DNA from: a virus
DNA length: 59,017 bases
IMG/VR virus record: IMGVR_UViG_3300027666_000002
Reading direction: 5' to 3' (one strand)
This document shows positions 38,772 to 48,259 of this stretch, piece after piece. Each line of letters opens with the position of its first letter. Within the stretch, counting starts at the first letter, position 1. A program made the position numbers and the translations under genes. Below the pieces are notes generated by a model. That model did no database searches. It saw nothing but the letters and a program-made list of their open reading frames with translations, and was not told the DNA's origin.

Positions 38772-39470
38772 TCAGGCAGGGATCACCGAGAGGTGCTTGG
38801 CGAACGCCACGGCGCACTTCTCGCGTGTGTCCAGGTTGAGGACGGGGACGCCAGCTTCATCGAGGGCCGCGAAGAAGCCCTCTTCGATCATCGCCAACTG
38901 GCGTTCGGTGACGGCGGCGAGCCGCTCATCGATGTTGAGCCGGGCGATCTTGAACAGGAAGTCGCCGGCCCGGTCCATGGCGCGCTCGAACAACTGGACG
39001 ATCGCGCGGGCGGTCTCCCCGTAGTCGGTGGAGTACTCCAGGCTGTCAAGTTCCTCGACCTTGACGCGCATGGCGTCTTTCCAGGCGATGACCTCTCCCG
39101 CGATGGCTTTGAGGGCGTTCAGCGGGTCGTGGACCGGGCCCATGTCGAACTGGGACACCATGCCCTGCAGCTCCTCGTGGACGCGCTCGCGGGATTCACG
39201 CTTCTTGGCCTGCGGGCTGGTGCCGCCGTGCATACGGCACCGCTTCTGGTTCTTGACGGGGGAGCTGTGGCAGATACCGCCGGGCGCCTTGCGCGCCTTG
39301 GCGCTGCACCGAGGCTTCCCGTTGGGTCCGTACAGCACGCTGTCGAGCACGCGGTAGCCGTCTCGGATGGGCTCGCCGCTGCGGTCGGGGAACTCGATGC
39401 GATTGCGGTGGGCGTCGAGGTCGATGGGCTCGGGGAGTTCGCCAGGGTCCTGGTCGTCGTGGTCGCTCAA
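38772..39470 (-). CDS. terS: terminase small subunit
   Basis: 232 aa, TTG start with AGGAGG upstream. The ...KNQKRCRMHGG... motif is recalled from actinophage small terminases. Directly upstream of terL. Confidence 0.65.
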   Translation of the reverse strand: MSDHDDQDPGELPEPIDLDAHRNRIEFPDRSGEPIRDGYRVLDSVLYGPNGKPRCSAKARKAPGGICHSSPVKNQKRCRMHGGTSPQAKKRESRERVHEELQGMVSQFDMGPVHDPLNALKAIAGEVIAWKDAMRVKVEELDSLEYSTDYGETARAIVQLFERAMDRAGDFLFKIARLNIDERLAAVTERQLAMIEEGFFAALDEAGVPVLNLDTREKCAVAFAKHLSVIPA

Positions 39471-39473
39471 CGT

Positions 39474-39536
39474 GGTCCTCCTGGCTTGATGGTCAACTTC
39501 TTCAGATCATGCTACCCCGTTGAGCGTGGGTTACAA
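39474..39536 (-). promoter_or_regulatory. variant phage promoter for the terminase genes
   Basis: Minus strand: TTGTAA (39536..39531), 16 nt, TAGCAT (39514..39509). SD AGGAGGACC (39482..39474). Confidence 0.5.
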
Positions 39537-39865
39537 CAACCTGGGAGCGGCTGCTTTCTAGTAGCGGAGCGTGATAGTTCCACCACAACGGCATCCCAGT
39601 CAGCCGGCCTCCAGACCCGACCCTGGGATCCGATGGCCGCCAGCCACTTCTTCTGCTCGGCGGTTGGCTTGCCGTCGTCCGACTTCAGCTCGGCGAGGAT
39701 AACGACGCCGTCGCGGGCCAGCGCCAAATCCGGGAACCCTGCGTGCCCCTCCAACGGCGTCGCCCACCTACCGCTGGGTAGCTTCGCCGGTCGGAAGTGG
39801 GTGACCATCCAGCCGTTGAGCTTGGCGTACCCGATGACGCGGCCCTTGAAGTCGTCCTCCGACAT
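39512..39865 (-). CDS. VRR-NUC domain nuclease
   Basis: GWMVTHF...GFPDLALARDGVVILAELKSDDGKPTAEQKKWL matches the PD-(D/E)xK VRR-NUC pattern. I chose the start at 39865 because GC3 is poor in the 23-codon N-terminal extension. Confidence 0.7.
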   Translation of the reverse strand: MSEDDFKGRVIGYAKLNGWMVTHFRPAKLPSGRWATPLEGHAGFPDLALARDGVVILAELKSDDGKPTAEQKKWLAAIGSQGRVWRPADWDAVVVELSRSATRKQPLPGCCNPRSTG

Positions 39866-39869
39866 GGGC

Positions 39870-39899
39870 AGGGCCCCGGTTCGCGGTGACCGGGGCCCT
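39870..39899 (-). terminator. stem-loop after the endolysin gene
   Basis: 11-bp inverted repeat agggccccggt (39870..39880) / accggggccct (39889..39899). Confidence 0.5.
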
Positions 39900-39940
39900 T
39901 GACCACTTTGCCGGCCACTCGGCGGAATGGCCATCGTAGC

Positions 39941-41197
39941 TCAGCCGTTGTCGGGGGTGAGCTGGTTGGGGATGGCCAGGACCACGCTGTCGTTCTTGCC
40001 GACGGTGGCGCCAGCGGCAGGGGACTGGCTGACCACGGTGTTGATGCGTGACGCGTCGTTGGTGCCGCCGTACTGGATGGTCATCTGGCCGGTCCAGCCG
40101 AGCGCGTGCAAGGCAGCGTTGGCGTCGTTGGCGTTCACGCCCTCCAGGTTGGGCATGGTGAACGTGGAGTCGCCGGCCGACACCTGGGCGGAGAGCTTCT
40201 CGCCGAGCTTGACGACCACCTGGTCGGCCATCTCCGCAGGTACGACGTCGCGGATGAGCTGCTCCAGGATCTCGCCCTGCGCTGCAGCCACCTGCTCAGC
40301 GGTGGGCATGTTGTCCCGGACGGCGGTGGAGAGCGCTTCCTTGACCGTGTCGGCGGTGACGTTGGGATCGTTGGTGACGGCCTCCAAGATCTGGGCGTTG
40401 ACGGCCACGATGCTCGGGATCATGTTGGCATACCAGTTGGTCCACATCAGCCAGGTGGCGGCGTTGTAGACGATCGGGTCGCCGCCGGTGGGCGGGGTGA
40501 AGCTCAGGTTGTCAGTCCAGCTCACGTCGTCGTCCTCACTTCCGTTGATCAAACTCAGGAGCTGCGCGGTCGTTCCCCGGAACGCCGAGCAGTCGATGGC
40601 CTTGCCCGCCATGGATGCCTTGTTGGTGAACTGCCAGAGCGCGGTGGAGCGGCCGCCGTAGTCGATCCAGCCGTTGCCGGAGTCGCCCTTGGCGGCAGCG
40701 TAGATCTGGGCCGGCGTGCCCGAGGCGGTGGAGTAGCGCGAGTTCACCAGGGGGGGCCCGCATCGCAGGTCGCTGCGACCCATCGCGCCCGACCAATACC
40801 AGTTGGGTACGTAGCCGAGGATGACGCGCAGACCTCGGGCCCGGAACGCCTCGACGGTCCGGCAGTAGAAGGCGCCGTCGCCGGACGCGTCTTCGTGGTC
40901 GAGCATCCACGGGATCGTCTTGTCGCCCACCCAGGCTTCGGCCAGGCGGGCGTTCTCCTCCGGGGTGATCAGGTTGCCGATGTACCAGTAGGCCACGAGC
41001 GGCAGCGCGACGCGGCGTGACTCGTCTCGGTGGCGCGGCCACTCCCGGTCTTGGGTGGTGCTGTACTGGGCGCCGTTCGTGCGTCGTCCGGCGCCCTGGC
41101 CGACGCGTGCGATGAGCGCGGCGGCGCCCTGGTTCTTCAGGGCCTGGATGTCGATGCCGGCCTGGTGGTGGCTGATGTCAGGGATGAACAGGGTCAC
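39941..41197 (-). CDS. endolysin: GH25 muramidase domain + C-terminal PASTA-like wall-binding domain
   Basis: 418 aa. N-terminus FIPDISHHQAGIDIQALK... is GH25-like. C-terminus TMPNLEGVNANDANAALHALGW...VVSQSPAAGATVGKNDSVVLAI is PASTA-like. GTGA overlap with the upstream membrane gene. Confidence 0.75.
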   Translation of the reverse strand: MTLFIPDISHHQAGIDIQALKNQGAAALIARVGQGAGRRTNGAQYSTTQDREWPRHRDESRRVALPLVAYWYIGNLITPEENARLAEAWVGDKTIPWMLDHEDASGDGAFYCRTVEAFRARGLRVILGYVPNWYWSGAMGRSDLRCGPPLVNSRYSTASGTPAQIYAAAKGDSGNGWIDYGGRSTALWQFTNKASMAGKAIDCSAFRGTTAQLLSLINGSEDDDVSWTDNLSFTPPTGGDPIVYNAATWLMWTNWYANMIPSIVAVNAQILEAVTNDPNVTADTVKEALSTAVRDNMPTAEQVAAAQGEILEQLIRDVVPAEMADQVVVKLGEKLSAQVSAGDSTFTMPNLEGVNANDANAALHALGWTGQMTIQYGGTNDASRINTVVSQSPAAGATVGKNDSVVLAIPNQLTPDNG

Positions 41198-41628
41198 GAT
41201 GTGGACGCCTCCTGGTCAAGCTGGGCGTGGACGGCGGGGCCGGCAGATTCCCAGCCGGTGGGCCCGTACACGAAGCGGTGCGCGTCGCCGTGCTTGCACT
41301 GGACTTCGGCGACGCGGGGCGCACCCGTGGGCTTGGCCGCGTTGGTGCGCAGCATGGCGGCGTGCGAGATCCTCAGGTTCTCGCGCAGGATGACCGCGTC
41401 CGCGAGCACAGGTGGGACCAGCAGCACCGCCACGGTGGCGGTAACGATGAACGTGATCCACAGGTAGGACGAGTCGGGGATCGCGATCACCAGGAAGAGG
41501 ACGCCCACGAGTAGGCCGATCAGCGCGCCGGTCAGGCGGATCTCGGGTCCGGTCAGGCGTCGGAAGGTTTGGCGTGCTCTGGCTGCGGTGGATCGCAGCC
41601 AGAGCAGCGTGGCGTCGGTCAGGGTCAT
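41194..41628 (-). CDS. membrane protein, holin candidate
   Basis: 144 aa, RBS GGAG. Two adjacent TM segments (LTGALIGLLVGVLFLVIAI, LWITFIVTATVAVLLVPPVL). Immediately precedes the endolysin. Confidence 0.55.
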   Translation of the reverse strand: MTLTDATLLWLRSTAARARQTFRRLTGPEIRLTGALIGLLVGVLFLVIAIPDSSYLWITFIVTATVAVLLVPPVLADAVILRENLRISHAAMLRTNAAKPTGAPRVAEVQCKHGDAHRFVYGPTGWESAGPAVHAQLDQEASTS

Positions 41629-41644
41629 GGTCGTCTCCGGTTGG

Positions 41645-42463
41645 TCAGAACGGCATGGCGCGACGGGTGGGTCCAGTGATCCGCACGAGCTGGGAGCCGC
41701 CGAACAGGCGCTCGATCAGCCGCTCGTTGTAGCGCTTGCGGATCTGCGGACCGTCCAGGTTGGTGGTGATGATGCAGGGGCGGCCGTTGTGGCTGCGGTA
41801 GTGCCCGAGCCGGTACAGCTGATCTCCAGCCCACTCGGTGAGCCGCTCGGCGCCGAAGTCGTCCAGCACCAGCACCGGGGCCACCTCGAACTGGGCCATA
41901 TCGACGTCGAGGCCACCCTGTGCAGGCTTGACGGCGTCGATCATCTGCTGAGTCGTGACGAATGTGACCGGCACAACGTCCTCGGTGAGCAGGATGCGGG
42001 TCAGCGCTGCGGCGGCCCACGTCTTTCCGGTGCCCACCGGGCCCATCAGGACCAGCGTGCGCGGCGGCGCACCGCTCTGGCGTGCCTGCCGGTAGTGGGC
42101 CAGCCAGGACAGCACGTCGTCGGTCCATGGCTCATCGGGCAGGCGTGCGTTCTGGTACTCGGCGGGCAGGCGCGACGTCAGGATGTCGGCCTGCCTCTGC
42201 AGTCGATCTTGCCGGAGCTGGGCTTCCTTGTCGGCCAGGAGCTTGTCCGCGCGGGCGCGGTTCTCTGACTTGCTCATGTCGAGCAGCTCGGGATCCACGC
42301 CACCGTGCCGGCGGGCCAGGTCGCTGACGGCGTCCGCGATGGCGTTACGACGTGCGGCAGAGGCGCGTGCAGCGGCTCGCCGTTCTACCTCGGCACGTAG
42401 CCGGGCGCTGTCGTCCATGCTCCAACCGTACCCATTATCGCTGTGGGGGGCAAGGCCGTTCAT
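41645..42463 (-). CDS. DnaC/IstB-like AAA+ helicase loader
   Basis: 272 aa. Walker A GPVGTGKT, Walker B VLVLDDFG. ATGA overlap with the upstream initiator-like gene. Confidence 0.8.
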   Translation of the reverse strand: MNGLAPHSDNGYGWSMDDSARLRAEVERRAAARASAARRNAIADAVSDLARRHGGVDPELLDMSKSENRARADKLLADKEAQLRQDRLQRQADILTSRLPAEYQNARLPDEPWTDDVLSWLAHYRQARQSGAPPRTLVLMGPVGTGKTWAAAALTRILLTEDVVPVTFVTTQQMIDAVKPAQGGLDVDMAQFEVAPVLVLDDFGAERLTEWAGDQLYRLGHYRSHNGRPCIITTNLDGPQIRKRYNERLIERLFGGSQLVRITGPTRRAMPF

Positions 42464-43458
42464 GCCACCGAGCCCTGCACATACTGTGCCCGAAGTGCCT
42501 TGACCTCGTCCGACACACCCTCTGCTGCACGCCGGGCCGCATCCTCGGCGGCTCCTCGCGTCCAGCCCTCGTAGTCCGCCGGCAGGGGGATGCTGTGACC
42601 CAACACGACGCCGCGACGACTGCCGCGCCGGTGGATGCTCAACTGCACCGCCAGGTTGGAGAACGGGGTGGACGCCATCGCCTGGACGGCCGCCACCAGC
42701 TCCTCCTCGGTGGCCTCGCCCTTGGACAGCAGGGCCTTCGCGTCACGTGCGATGCGGCCCTTGTGCGCCTTCAGCGGCTCGCCGTCGGGGTTGTTCTCGC
42801 GCCACGCCTCGACGTATGCGGCGAGCACGGCCTGAGCTCCTGCGGGCTTCCTGGCTTCCGCCGAAGGCGGCTCGGGAGCCGGGAGATCGAAGAGGGGGGC
42901 CTGCGCGGGGTCAGTGCGGGTGGGCATCGGTTCCTCCTGAACGGGTGAGGGGGGTTCTTCTACAGGGGTACCAGCATGCGCCTGCGGAGCGGCGGAGCCG
43001 TCTCCCCCGGAGGGGTGGTCTTCCTTGGGAGTGTTGTCCTTCGGACTGGTCTTCTTATGGTGCCCGCTGACCGGCGCCCGATCCACCGGTGCCCGGCCAT
43101 CCGGTCGCAGGTCTGAGCTGGGCGTTTCCTCGTTTTGCGCCGGCGGGAAGGGGGAGCATCGGATCTCGTAGACCATGCCGCCCAGGTGGCCGTTGTCAAG
43201 ACGGACGCGTGTCCGGCGAAGGTAGCCGTAGTGCTCCAGCTCAACCAGCCAGTTGCGCACCTGGTTGCGTCCGACACCTGCCTGCCGGGCGATGCTCACC
43301 GAGGTGACCTGGAAGCCGTCAGCGTGAGAGAGCAGCCAGCCGCCGAGGCCGCGCGCAGCGAAGGACAACCGCATGTCGCGGTGGAACGCGTTGGAGATGA
43401 GGGTGAACCGGTCGGCCGGTCGATCGACACGGCGGATGACAGCCCCTGATATAGTCAA
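42460..43458 (-). CDS. winged-helix DNA-binding, replication-initiator-like (DnaD/Rep-like) protein
   Basis: TTG at 43458 with AAGGAG 6 nt upstream (alternative in-frame ATG upstream, MACQPP...). wHTH-like N-terminus, Pro-rich linker. Coupled to the DnaC-like loader. Confidence 0.5.
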   Translation of the reverse strand: MTISGAVIRRVDRPADRFTLISNAFHRDMRLSFAARGLGGWLLSHADGFQVTSVSIARQAGVGRNQVRNWLVELEHYGYLRRTRVRLDNGHLGGMVYEIRCSPFPPAQNEETPSSDLRPDGRAPVDRAPVSGHHKKTSPKDNTPKEDHPSGGDGSAAPQAHAGTPVEEPPSPVQEEPMPTRTDPAQAPLFDLPAPEPPSAEARKPAGAQAVLAAYVEAWRENNPDGEPLKAHKGRIARDAKALLSKGEATEEELVAAVQAMASTPFSNLAVQLSIHRRGSRRGVVLGHSIPLPADYEGWTRGAAEDAARRAAEGVSDEVKALRAQYVQGSVA

Positions 43459-43556
43459 GGCCACTCCTTGATGTTGAGACCCGGGTGGCTGGCAGGCCAT
43501 AAGCCCGGGTCTTTTCCTTTTCGCTTGTCCGATCAGGCTAGCACCTGGTGATCGAT

Positions 43557-43976
43557 TCACTCCGCGCCAGGATGGGCGGCCGCGTACCGGACGTTCTGCA
43601 GGTAGCGGTGGGGTGGCGCCCAGTAGCCACCTTCGCCGCCGAGCAGCACCCAGCGTTGGACGTGGGCGGGCACCAGGCCGTGCAGGTAGACCGGCCACAG
43701 CACCACCTCGTCAACATGCTTGGGCACCAGGTAGCCGTGGCGCTCGGACCATTCGCGACGCCCGTGCACGGACAGCGGGCCGCCGTTGTGCACCTCGGGG
43801 TCGAGGGCGAGCAGGTTCCACAGCTCGTGCACATCGTCGCGGCTAGTGCCCCCCATGCCCTTGTTGCGCCGGTGGTGCATGTCGAAGGTGTCGTAGTCGA
43901 GCGGTCGGCCGGAGATCTCGCAGCGGCCGCCGCAGCGATCCCAGAGGGGTTGACGCTGGTCGGTGAGCTTGGGCAT
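43557..43976 (-). CDS. HNH endonuclease
   Basis: 139 aa. CGGRCE...DMHHRRNKGMGG...WNLLALDPEVHN fits the HNH pattern. Confidence 0.75.
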   Translation of the reverse strand: MPKLTDQRQPLWDRCGGRCEISGRPLDYDTFDMHHRRNKGMGGTSRDDVHELWNLLALDPEVHNGGPLSVHGRREWSERHGYLVPKHVDEVVLWPVYLHGLVPAHVQRWVLLGGEGGYWAPPHRYLQNVRYAAAHPGAE

Positions 43977-44005
43977 GTGGTCAGCGTAGACTCCGCGTCG
44001 CCCAC

Positions 44006-44053
44006 TTGCTACCCCATCTCGATGTGGGGTAGATTGACCTCAGCGAAGGGAGG
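44006..44053 (+). promoter_or_regulatory. dyad-symmetric divergent control region; variant promoter for the plus-strand early block
   Basis: TTGCTA (44006), 18 nt, TAGATT (44030), SD GAAGGGAGG (44045). Palindrome CTACCCCA (44009..44016) / TGGGGTAG (44025..44032). Read on the other strand it gives AATCTA-18-TAGCAA. Confidence 0.55.
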
Positions 44054-44058
44054 CGAAC

Positions 44059-44697
44059 ATGGCCCCACAGACACACAACATCGACGTCGGCATACGCACG
44101 ATCGTGATGCAGGACGCCAAGCGGCGCGTCGCCAAGATCCGGCGACACGAGCGGCTCACCATCGGCGTGCCCACCACCACCATGGCCAGCGTCGGACGAG
44201 ACATCCTCACCAACTGGAAACCCGAGTACACGCAGGCCGTCGGAGAAGTGGAGGGCCTGCCGGTCGATGCCGCCGGCAACCGGCTCACCGAACGCGGCCA
44301 CCGCAAGTACGCCAAGGACGACCGGGACAAGGTGCCCGAGCGCGGCCGTGACGCCCCGAACTTCGTGCGCGCCACGCAGCTACTCGACCACCTGCGCACC
44401 GTGGCCGATCCCCGCCGGGGCACCACGCTGGGTCCCATCGCGGCCGTGCGCAAGGCCGCGAAGGCGGACGGCCTGCTGAACTACGAGATCGAAGGTAAGA
44501 CGCTGCTGCGGCACATCGGCGCCGCTGAACGCGCCGTGCTGAAGCCGCTCCGGTTCACGCTGCCCATGCGCGTCTACGAGACGATCACCAAGCGCCTGGC
44601 CGACGCCGGATGCACGGTCACCCGAGCGCTAGAAGTGGGCCTGGAAGAGTTCGCCCGGACTGGCGAGACCACCCCGAAGACCGACCCGGAGGGATGA
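44059..44697 (+). CDS. hypothetical protein, possible C-terminal ribbon-helix-helix
   Basis: 212-aa ORF. C-terminus LRFTLPMRVYETITKRLADAGCTVTRALEVGLEEFA is RHH-like by eye. Confidence 0.7.
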   Translation: MAPQTHNIDVGIRTIVMQDAKRRVAKIRRHERLTIGVPTTTMASVGRDILTNWKPEYTQAVGEVEGLPVDAAGNRLTERGHRKYAKDDRDKVPERGRDAPNFVRATQLLDHLRTVADPRRGTTLGPIAAVRKAAKADGLLNYEIEGKTLLRHIGAAERAVLKPLRFTLPMRVYETITKRLADAGCTVTRALEVGLEEFARTGETTPKTDPEG

Positions 44698-46202
44698 CAC
44701 ACCCGATGCCCGACCAGACCGACACGCCGACCACCAAGCGCATGACCACCGCCGAGGTGGCGGCCCTCGCCCAGCAGATCGATGGGCGACTCGATGACCT
44801 GTCCGCCGTCGTGACCGATGTGGCCACCCAGGTGCAGGACCGTGCGGTGGCCCACGCCGAGTTGCGCGACGAACTCATGGGCCGCCTGTCCGGCGCCCGC
44901 CCGGACGACACGCCCAATCGCGACCAGGTGGACGGCCGCATCCACGAGGCCCTGGCGCCCCTGCATGACGAGGTGCACGAGCTGCGCCGCAGCCTGCAGA
45001 ACCCCGCCACCAGCGGGAACCTGGACTCCATTCTGGCCCGCCTGGAAGAGGCGGAGCGCAAGGTGGCCGGCGTCGACACGAACGGCCTGACGGCGACCGT
45101 GGCGCAGGAACTGCACCCTGCCCTGTCGGACCTGCGGCACCGGCTGGCCGCCATCGAGTCCGTCACCCCGGCATCGGTCACGCTCGCCGAGGACGACCTG
45201 GCCGCTCGTGTCGAGCACGCGACCGACCGGAAGGTCGCCAGCATGTTCGAGGACGCCGACCTGACGCCCGCACGCCTGGCTGGCCTGGCGCGCGAGGTCG
45301 ACACTGTCCAGGCCCGACTCGGCGACCTGACCGACTACGTACGCCGCCTGGACGGCGCGGTCGCGGTTACCGGCACAACGGAGACGTTCCTCAGCTCTGG
45401 ACTCGGAGCCGCGAAGAAGGTGCTGCAGTTGATGCGCACCGTCACGCACATCGGCAAGGAGCAGGAGGCGAACCTGGGCGAGCGCGGCGGCCGATTCATG
45501 TTCCGTGGCATCGATGACGCCATGGACGCGGTGGGCCACGCGATGCGAGAGGTGGGCCTGATCCTGGCCCCGGAGGTGCTGAAGGACGAGACCACCCAGA
45601 ACGCCATCACCAAGAGCGGCGTCGGCCAGAACGGCCGCCCCTACGAGAACACCGTCATCTGGACCACCACCAAGCTGACGATGCGCTACACCTTCATCGA
45701 CCCCGATGACGGCTCTACCCACCCCATCGAGATGGTGGGCGAGGGCCGCGACGCCTCCGACAAGTCGACATCCAAGGCCGGCTCGATGGCGTTCAAGTAC
45801 GCCCTGCTGCAGGCCCTGTGCATCCCGGTGACCGGCCTGGACGACAGCGATGCCGCGCCGCCGCAGTACATGCAGCAGGAGCGCGCGCCGGCTGCCACGG
45901 CACCCACCGCCCCGCCCCCCGACCCGCAGGCGCTGGAGCGCGCGCAGGCCCGCGACAAGCATCAGCGCGCAGGCGAGGCCCTGACCGCCCTACGCAACGT
46001 CTACCAGGTTCCGGGCGGCGCGCAGGCCCAGTACAACCGGGTCGTCGCGATTATGAACCAGGTCAAGCAGGAAGGCCTCCTGAACTTCGAGCTGGAGGGC
46101 GCCACCCTCAACCATCACGGCCAGTCAGTGCTGCACACCCTGCAAGCTCCACCGCCCGACGACGCTCGCGCCTCGACCGAGCCGCCAGAGGACTACCGGT
46201 GA
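44694..46202 (+). CDS. erf: ERF-family single-strand annealing recombinase with long coiled-coil N-terminus
   Basis: ATGA overlap at 44694. FRGIDDAMDAVGHAMREVGL...EGRDASDKSTSKAGSMAFKYALLQALCIPV matches the recalled ERF signature. Confidence 0.7.
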   Translation: MTHPMPDQTDTPTTKRMTTAEVAALAQQIDGRLDDLSAVVTDVATQVQDRAVAHAELRDELMGRLSGARPDDTPNRDQVDGRIHEALAPLHDEVHELRRSLQNPATSGNLDSILARLEEAERKVAGVDTNGLTATVAQELHPALSDLRHRLAAIESVTPASVTLAEDDLAARVEHATDRKVASMFEDADLTPARLAGLAREVDTVQARLGDLTDYVRRLDGAVAVTGTTETFLSSGLGAAKKVLQLMRTVTHIGKEQEANLGERGGRFMFRGIDDAMDAVGHAMREVGLILAPEVLKDETTQNAITKSGVGQNGRPYENTVIWTTTKLTMRYTFIDPDDGSTHPIEMVGEGRDASDKSTSKAGSMAFKYALLQALCIPVTGLDDSDAAPPQYMQQERAPAATAPTAPPPDPQALERAQARDKHQRAGEALTALRNVYQVPGGAQAQYNRVVAIMNQVKQEGLLNFELEGATLNHHGQSVLHTLQAPPPDDARASTEPPEDYR

Positions 46203-46903
46203 GCCACGACCAGGAGCAGGCCGACACCGCGCAGGACTACGCGGCCCTACTCAAGCGCGAAGCCATGAAGATCCTCGCCGAGGCTGGCCACGCCGACTGC
46301 TCAATGCTGGCCTCGGCGAGATACGTGCCCGAGTCGGGCGCCGTGGTGTGTGGCTGCGGCGAGTTCGAGCCGTGGTCGGACAGCCCGGACAGCCCGCCCT
46401 GGGAGCCAACCGCCGATGACGATCGGGCCGCGTTCAGCGAGCCGCCGGCACCCAGGCCTGGCGGCGCACTCACCTACGAGGCCCAGGACCCGATCCGCTC
46501 CACGCTGGCGCTCATCGACCCGAGTCAGATCTACACGCCCGAGGAGGTGGAGCGCCACATCCTCGACACGCTCTACCGGCTGGAGACCGGCCAGCTCGCC
46601 GAGCGCAAGTCGGTGGAGCTGCTGTTCAAGACCAAGCAGGCCTTCGACCTGAAGTTCAACGCCTGCATCGCCACCAGCTCAGGAGGCGCGGCCGACATCC
46701 GCAAGGCCATGGCCATGAACGACTGCTCCGACGAATACGCGGCGATGCTGGAAGCGGAGATGGTGGCCAAAGCCATCAAGGCGACCATGCACAACCTGCG
46801 GTCGGTCATCACTGGCTACCAGTCGGTAGCAAAGTCGGTGACCGCCTCCTATCAGGCCGGCGGATCCCAGGGCGGCCCACCGCAGTCAGGGCGCCCATGG
46901 TGA
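46199..46903 (+). CDS. hypothetical protein
   Basis: GTGA overlap at 46199. 3' part of ORF-track 45818..46903. Confidence 0.65.
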   Translation: MSHDQEQADTAQDYAALLKREAMKILAEAGHADCSMLASARYVPESGAVVCGCGEFEPWSDSPDSPPWEPTADDDRAAFSEPPAPRPGGALTYEAQDPIRSTLALIDPSQIYTPEEVERHILDTLYRLETGQLAERKSVELLFKTKQAFDLKFNACIATSSGGAADIRKAMAMNDCSDEYAAMLEAEMVAKAIKATMHNLRSVITGYQSVAKSVTASYQAGGSQGGPPQSGRPW

Positions 46904-46943
46904 CCCAGGGCCGCCTGGACCGACTCGCCGAGCTGGCGGCGAC

Positions 46944-47087
46944 ATGCTGAAGGCCCTGAGGAAGCGGCTACGCCGCCGCTGGCTGTTCTACCGCCACCGA
47001 TCGCGCTGGCTGCTCGAAGTCACGGCGGAGGGACTCCAGCGCATGCAGGACGAGATGACACCCGAGAACGACCGGAAAGAAGGCTGA
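46944..47087 (+). CDS. small Arg-rich hypothetical protein (47 aa)
   Basis: Hand-found ATG at 46944. Weak RBS. Confidence 0.3.
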   Translation: MLKALRKRLRRRWLFYRHRSRWLLEVTAEGLQRMQDEMTPENDRKEG

Positions 47088-47091
47088 CCCC

Positions 47092-47448
47092 ATGGGATGG
47101 TGCAGCGCAACCCAGATCATGGGCACCGTGCTCAGGACAGCACTGGGCGAGGTGGAGCCGTTCATCAAGGGCGTGTCCGCCGAGCACCTGTGTTGCTACA
47201 ACCCTGCCGAGGCGCCGCTGGCAGCCGAGGTGCTCTTGCGGCCGATGGTCCGCAGCCTCGCCGAGCAGCTCCGCGCCGAGGACTGGGATTGCGTCAGCGA
47301 CTCCGTCTACTACGAACGGTTCGGGCCCGAGCTGCGAGGCATGACCGACGATGAGTTCCGCGAGTACCAGGCGCGCCACTACCAAGACGACCCGGAGGGT
47401 TTCGCCTCCTGGCTGAAAGTATGGGAGGCACAACACCGTGGCCGGTGA
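47092..47448 (+). CDS. hypothetical protein
   Basis: 118-aa ORF, GGAAAGAAGG upstream. Confidence 0.75.
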   Translation: MGWCSATQIMGTVLRTALGEVEPFIKGVSAEHLCCYNPAEAPLAAEVLLRPMVRSLAEQLRAEDWDCVSDSVYYERFGPELRGMTDDEFREYQARHYQDDPEGFASWLKVWEAQHRGR

Positions 47449-47959
47449 CACGTATGTGACCGTGATAGGCAACCTGACCGCTGATCCGGAGCTGCGCTTC
47501 ACGCAGTCCGGGGCGGCCGTCGCGAACTTCACCGTGGCCTCGACGCCGCGCTTCCTCAACAAGAACACCAACCAGTGGGAGGACGGCGACGCGCTGTTCC
47601 TGCGCTGCAACATCTGGCGCCAGGCCGCCGAGAACGTAGCCGAGTCGCTCACCAGAGGCGCCCGCGTCATCGTGTCGGGCCGACTCAAGCAGCGATCGTT
47701 CGAGACCCGCGAGGGCGAGAAGCGCACGGTGGTGGAGCTGGAGGTGGACGAGGTTGGTCCGTCCCTCAAGTACGCCACGGCGAAGGTGAACAAGGTCACC
47801 CGCGAGGGCGGTAACGCAACGAGCTACTCCAACCAGTCGGCCCCGCCGGCCAACGACCCGTGGGGCTCCGCGCCACCTCCGCCTGCGGGCGGTGGACAAC
47901 ACCCGTCCCCATCACCGCAGGGCTGGGGTGGCGGCTACAACGATGAGCCGCCGTTCTGA
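47438..47959 (+). CDS. ssb: single-stranded DNA-binding protein
   Basis: 173 aa. OB-fold signature [29 protein letters not shown]...[15 protein letters not shown] and an acidic tail ...YNDEPPF. Confidence 0.9.
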   Translation: MAGDTYVTVIGNLTADPELRFTQSGAAVANFTVASTPRFLNKNTNQWEDGDALFLRCNIWRQAAENVAESLTRGARVIVSGRLKQRSFETREGEKRTVVELEVDEVGPSLKYATAKVNKVTREGGNATSYSNQSAPPANDPWGSAPPPPAGGGQHPSPSPQGWGGGYNDEPPF

Positions 47960-47997
47960 TCGCGCAGTTCTGGTCGTGGCTGCTGGCCGCCGGAGGC

Positions 47998-48198
47998 TTG
48001 ACGATGCTCTGGCTGGCCGGCAGCGGCCGACGGTCCGGATGGATCGTCGGCCTGTGCATTCAGGCCCTCTGGCTCTCCTACGGGATCGCCACGCAGCAGT
48101 GGGGGTTCCTGGTGTCGGCCTGCGCGTATTCGCTGGTCATCGGCAGAAACTTGGCGAAATGGAAGCCGCCCGTGGAGTCCGGCACACCGCCCGGTTGA
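47998..48198 (+). CDS. membrane protein (start may lie upstream at a non-ATG codon)
   Basis: 66-aa ORF with TM segments. The frame is open from 47956. The stop TGA lies inside the TTGACA of the next promoter. Confidence 0.6.
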   Translation: MTMLWLAGSGRRSGWIVGLCIQALWLSYGIATQQWGFLVSACAYSLVIGRNLAKWKPPVESGTPPG

Positions 48199-48258
48199 CA
48201 CCCATCTCGCCCATGGGGTAGCCTTCGTGTCACAGGGAACAACGACCACGGAGAACCC
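48195..48258 (+). promoter_or_regulatory. phage promoter + leader cassette
   Basis: TTGACA (48195), 18 nt (CCCAT...ATGGG dyad), TAGCCT (48219). GGAACAACG (48236), GGAGAACCC (48250). Confidence 0.7.
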
Positions 48259-48259
48259 G

